A stretch of DNA of 49,733 bases from Macrostomum lignano (lineage: Eukaryota). A program made the position numbers and the translations under genes. The number at the start of each line of letters is the position of its first letter. The first letter of the stretch is position 1. The notes under the pieces were generated by a model. That model saw only the letters and a program-made list of their open reading frames with translations, did no database searches and was not told the origin of the DNA. Shown one piece after another: positions 45,093-49,733 of this stretch. The DNA lies in NCBI GenBank assembly GCA_002269645.1, contig NIVC01004338.1:1-49733 (forward strand). The letters run 5' to 3'.

Positions 45093-45379
45093 GTGATCAT
45101 TTGTTATCTAGCAAAAAGTTCCTGAAGTACGATTTCAGACTATGACGCATATTAAAATTTTTGGATATGAGATTAGGGTTTGTGTGAAATGCTTTAATGC
45201 CACCAAGTCAGAGATTATTTTTGAATATCAGTTTTTCTACATCTAATCCCTTAGATTCTAGATTTTTTCAAAATTTTTATCGTCATTCTAACGATTCTAA
45301 AATTCATTTTAAGAATTCAAGAGTATCACCTCAATGTGTTACCCTAATATTTATTCTCAGCTCGAGACTTTTGTCTTAA

Positions 45380-45895
45380 TTTATTATTCTAGTCTATCGT
45401 GTGAGTTTAGTTCCAGCCTAAGATTCTAATCTCTGCTAATTCTTAGATTCTAGTTTCACCTTGAGATTTAGTACGTCTCACCATGAGATTTAAATCTTAT
45501 TTGACGATCCAATCTCATCCTAAAATTCTATTTTCACCCTAACATTCTGGTCTGACCCTAAGATTTTGTCTTATCTTATGATTCCTGTCTCACCCTAAGA
45601 CTCTAGTCTCACCCTATGACTCTAGTCTCACCCTAAGACTCTATTAGACTCTAAGATTCTAGTCTCACCCTAAGACTCTAATCTCACCCCAAGATTTTAG
45701 TGTAAGCCTAAGTTTCTAGTCTCAGGCTAAGATTCTAGTCTCACTCTAAGACTCTAGTCTCACCCTAAGACTCTAGTCAGACTCTAAGACTCTAGTCGCA
45801 CCTTAAGACTCTAGTCAGACTCTAAGACTCTAGTCTTACCCTAAGACTCTAGTCTCACCCTAAGACTCTAGTCTCACCCTAAGAATCTAATCCCA
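45380..45895. repeat. Intronic 19-bp minisatellite CTAAGACTCTAGTCTCACC, degenerate 5' half
   Basis: Period 19 (CTAAGA at 45841 and 45860); homogeneous from ~45590. Confidence 0.85.
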
Positions 45896-45913
45896 ACTAC
45901 ATAACCGGCCCAG

Positions 45914-46225
45914 GTGAGCGTCTGGAAATTTGAAGGCCTCCAACCTGGCCGCCTGCTGGCTCTGCAGTCGCCAAACAATTCCTTGGGCCGGCTGCTCATG
46001 TTGAGCCGCGACCGTGGCAACATCTACAGCGTCAGCGAGGAATTCGGCTGCTTCCCGTTGACCCACCCGGCGTCCGAGGGAGGTCAGGCCTTCACGGCAT
46101 TCTGCTCGTTGAATGAGCGACCAGCTGCGGTCAGCAGCAATGGTGACACAACAACAGCATCAGCTACTACCATCGACATCTTGGCAGCCACGAAGGATTC
46201 TCTGTACTTGCTACAGGCGTCGTAA
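45914..46225 (+). CDS. Uncharacterised probable beta-propeller protein, exon 3 (to stop; spliced product ~492 aa)
   Basis: GCCCAG|GTG acceptor, phase 0. VSVWKF, PGRLLAL, GNIYSV, FTAFCSL, ILAATKDSLYLLQAS*; AT-rich 3' UTR follows. Confidence 0.75.
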   Translation: MSVWKFEGLQPGRLLALQSPNNSLGRLLMLSRDRGNIYSVSEEFGCFPLTHPASEGGQAFTAFCSLNERPAAVSSNGDTTTASATTIDILAATKDSLYLLQAS

Positions 46226-48274
46226 AAATTGATTCTAAATTACCAATTATTAATATTGCCAGTATAGTTTTATGAGCTGCCAGGTTTGTCTAAACCAACT
46301 GAAATTTAGTATATCTAAACGGTAAACAACCGATCGCCGTAGTTTTAACCATAATTTCCCACGTTGCAATAGAACATGCAATAACAATAACTCTTTAAAG
46401 TGGACATAAGTGTTATTAAATCGAAAATTTCATAAATTTTCTCAGCTAATGAGTTAATTGCCTGTTTTTAAAATGACATAGTGATCAAAATCAACATAAG
46501 AATTTCCGCGATTGCAATAGAATTGTATTTAAAGTTATTGTATACGAAAACTCTGACAAGGCAAAATACTTTTTCTGTTGAAGCTTTGCAATAGATAAAT
46601 TATTTTCAGCAAATTATAGACTAGAAATTTAATAAAACTAATTTCAGTTCCTTGACACAATCGTTTATTTGCAATATTTTTAACTTGTTTTGTTATAGTT
46701 GGAAGTAAATTAGTTTTTCTGATTTCATAGAAAAATTAAAGCGCTCTATAATCAATATCTACCGAACTACTACAATAAATCAAATATTTCCTATTTATTA
46801 GCTAAATTAATTATACCAATCTGAGCAAAAAAAACACTAAATAACGGAGAAATAAAATTTTGCGTCTAACTCTAATATAACACGCATACACGTCATATAT
46901 AATTCTTATTTTAGTTCAAGCCTTCTTAATTCGTTAATTAATAAAATCCACGACAAACAAGAATTAATAATACTAACAATAACCCCTAACGAAACCAAAT
47001 TTTACCTCGAAACGCATTTAAGTTAACGATTTTCAGACTAATTGTTGCTATGATAGGTTTCGGCCTTTTCGGCCCCATTCGGGAAGCCTTCGGGCCTCAG
47101 GTCTTAGAAATAAATCAATTAGAGTCCTGGCCCCCCACTCCTGTCAGATGGTCAGCCCCATGGTAGCTTGATCGTGTGGCGAGCAGTCTAGGTTCTAAAG
47201 CTAAGAGAGGGACAGCGAGAGACAAGCAGGGAGAATTTTGAAGATAGAGATCAGCTAATCCGCAGATTAACTAACCCGCTGCCACCAGCCCGTGCGTCCT
47301 GGCTCACCACACCGGGACTCTCGAAATCGGGCTTCCGACTAGAAGGGGGCTTGCACTACCTGCCAACTAGTGTCTTTTTGCTGTCAATCTCGAAGTCCTA
47401 GCCGGTGATAAGGGACACTGCTGGGACTAGATCGCATTGGCCATGCAGGTACAGAGGGGACTTGTGCAGGGGATTCTTGCAGTGGCGAGACTATGGGGTA
47501 GCTACATGTACTATTACATTGCTAAATACGAAGAATTGTACTTTTGGCCTTCAACGCACAAATCAGCCTCTCGTAGCACTGATGATAGACTAACTCGAAC
47601 CTCAGAGACCGCATGATTCATTACCCGAGCCGCTTGGCGAACCTAGGGTGCACAGAGTACACCTCTAGCGCCGGTTTCGCACTATTGGCAATTTCGCTAA
47701 CTGATTCGATAGATTGATCGACTGAGAACTGCTTTGCCATTGGTCCACTGTGACCGGCGCCTACTAGCTTAGCTACTCATCTGAGTCATCGGCAAACAAA
47801 AAAATAAAACCGATTAAAATAACCTTCTCCTTAGATAACTTCACACTTCAGATTGAATTGGAACAATCAGACTACTAGCAGTATTATTGAATGATTTCTG
47901 GCTCAATAACAGCACTGCTGAACAAAATGAGCAAAAGTGTGCGCCTAATCCAGCTACTGAAACAGGGGACAGGTAAGGGATCACCCAATCAAGCAAGTCT
48001 AGGTAGCCTCTCACCCAACCAATCAGAAACTCAACAGCTGGAGACCAGGAAATCCACAGTGACCGAATCGGCTTAGTGCTTCGCAGCTGTAGACTCGGGA
48101 TGATGCTGATGTCACAACCTTCGCAGATAGCTATCAGGTGATGCTCTTAACCTTGATGTTCGCTGCTGACGACCGGGGCGATTCGTCCTTGATGATGATG
48201 GGGGGAGTCGCGATCCGGGGATCAAGAGACGACGGTCGAGCTCCGGGAGGTCTAAGTTAGGCCAAAGTCCCAGG

Positions 48275-48455
48275 AGGCGGGCGGAGCAGGAGGTTGAGTC
48301 CGAGCGGGCCAAAAACACCGGTTTAAATAGCCGCCAACTGGACCGCAATTTGTTATAATGGAACACCTCGACGCTGATTGGCTGAGCCGATTTTTTATAA
48401 CGCACGTAGAATTTTCTGATTGGCTGAGCTTGTTGCCACCCAAACTCACGTGACC
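48275..48455. promoter_or_regulatory. Candidate promoter: GC box, two identical CCAAT boxes, E-box
   Basis: GGCGGGCGG ~48279; CTGATTGGCTGAGC at 48374 and 48416 (42 bp apart); CACGTG ~48447. Confidence 0.4.
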
Positions 48456-48495
48456 AGAAGATCCTATCAGTTTCCTCGGGTCATAGAAATACGAC

Positions 48496-48877
48496 AGGTG
48501 CGGTCATAAATCACTCAAAATCGCTACATTGATTTATGACCTTTCGCATAGCAATGACAAAAATTAATGAAAAAATATACATTAGAAAGCTCTTACTATT
48601 AAGTAACTATTCAGTAGAAAGTGAAGAAATCGCTAATCGCTAATTCCAACGTACTTTTAGGGGTAAAACGTTTAGTTTTCAAAGCTGTCACACGCTTGAG
48701 CAAACACGAACAATAGGTCCTGACCTCATAAATCTTGATGGCCTGTCAAAATGATGAGAAAAAAGCTACCGCCCGCATCCTCTCAGACCATCTGGCGCCA
48801 GTCTCAGTATTGAGTGAGGCGCAGGTGGCTGTCAGACCAGCTCGAAAGCAATGATTTATGACCCAAAAGCCGCACCT
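48496..48877. mobile_element. Degenerate MITE-like element with imperfect TIRs
   Basis: Left AGGTGCGG-TCATAAATCA versus reverse complement of right end AGGTGCGGCTTTTGGGTCATAAATCA; internal copies of GATTTATGAC. No clean TSD. Confidence 0.5.
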
Positions 48878-49672
48878 ATGTTATTATAACTACAAGTATG
48901 GCAAAATCATATAACTATTATGAATTCTAGGAAAATTACATAAAGAGAAGTAAAAATGCACATAGCCTGTTGTTAGTAGGCTAGTAAGTTTGGAGCCCAT
49001 GTGCGAACGTGAAGTTTGGAAAAAGTGCGTCCTCATCAGCTATATTAATTTGGCATGGCACACAAACACCTGAACTTTATTATCAGCGCCACACTAACTT
49101 ATTCTGTTCCTTAACTACTACTACATACACCAGCTAAGTAGCAAATCAGGGATATAAAATTATTTATTACAGCTTTGCTACACGAGTACTGATTTTACTG
49201 TAGCAATTCACGAAAAATAGATCAGCTAAAAGACAGGTCAGATTAAAGAAAAGTTGCAATAGCCCGAAGGGCAAGCTTATATGGGCATGCGATATCTTCT
49301 TTGATTGATCTGCAGTCACTATCTAATCGGAAGTGAGCTGCAGTCTGCATGCATGCTTGGCATAGCTTGGTGACTAGCCAGATGACTTAGCATGCATATC
49401 GATCGACAAAATGAGAGTGCAGGAGAGAAAACGATTCTCGGTTTTTTTGACGACTCTCCATCATCTACAATATTGTACGCAATGATTTATATTAGCTAAG
49501 ATCTCTTTGCTTCTTTGTGCTTCTTTTGACTTCGAAGTTGTTATAGATACTCGCTGCAGTGCATACCCCGCCATGGTAATATCTAAATCCTGTAACCATG
49601 CATATACTTGTTGAATCTTCTCACACTTCCTGAAGTCATCACGCCGCCCTAAAGTTTTCAAAACTCCCTTCG

Positions 49673-49733
49673 TGAAGTCATCAAACCTCTCTGAAGTCAT
49701 CAAACCTCTCTGAAGTCATCAAACCTCTCTGAA
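49673..49733. repeat. Start of a 19-bp minisatellite (TGAAGTCATCAAACCTCTC), cut off by the window end
   Basis: Units at 49673, 49692, 49711 and 49730; partial unit at 49631. Confidence 0.8.

Noticed and set aside
48290-48312. tRNA-like 3' end GGTTGAGTCCGAGCGGGCCA
   Set aside because: The T-loop lacks the invariant C, and no A box, D arm or acceptor-stem pairing was found upstream.
49461-49703. 80-aa minus-strand ORF MMTSERFDDF...
   Set aside because: It starts inside a 19-bp repeat, has no recognisable motif and no clear splice pair; it could be part of an exon of a gene beyond the window but is unsupported here.

Overview
This is eukaryotic (metazoan) genomic DNA, not prokaryotic: the genes are spliced with GT-AG introns and there are no operons, CRISPR arrays or recognisable rRNA/tRNA genes. 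Ala/Gln-rich exons and minisatellite-filled introns resemble the flatworm Macrostomum, but that is an unverified inference. Genes assembled by hand from splice sites and reading-frame continuity: (1) a terminal exon (~661-961,+) of a probable tail-anchored protein; (2) a 14-exon WASHC2/FAM21 homologue on the minus strand (29732->5395, ~1425 codons, start codon not found); (3) a 2-exon divergent PKA-catalytic-like kinase (34715-37205,+); (4) a 3-exon Dpy-30-domain DYDC1-like gene (39666->37782,-); (5) a 3-exon unnamed probable beta-propeller protein (42448-46225,+). The main oddity is architectural. Every WASHC2 intron longer than ~200 bp holds its own distinct tandem array (10 of 13 introns). 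One is an 11.3-kb 23-bp satellite whose transcribed strand has essentially no GT or AG dinucleotides. Other items: a 27-bp array in the kinase intron that could splice in frame into the activation loop, a diverged copy of a WASHC2 exon fragment with its own acceptor, a nested higher-order repeat, and a hAT-type MITE with a perfect 8-bp TSD. Most long ORFs in the supplied track are artefacts of repeats or antisense frames. All exon boundaries are predictions without transcript evidence.
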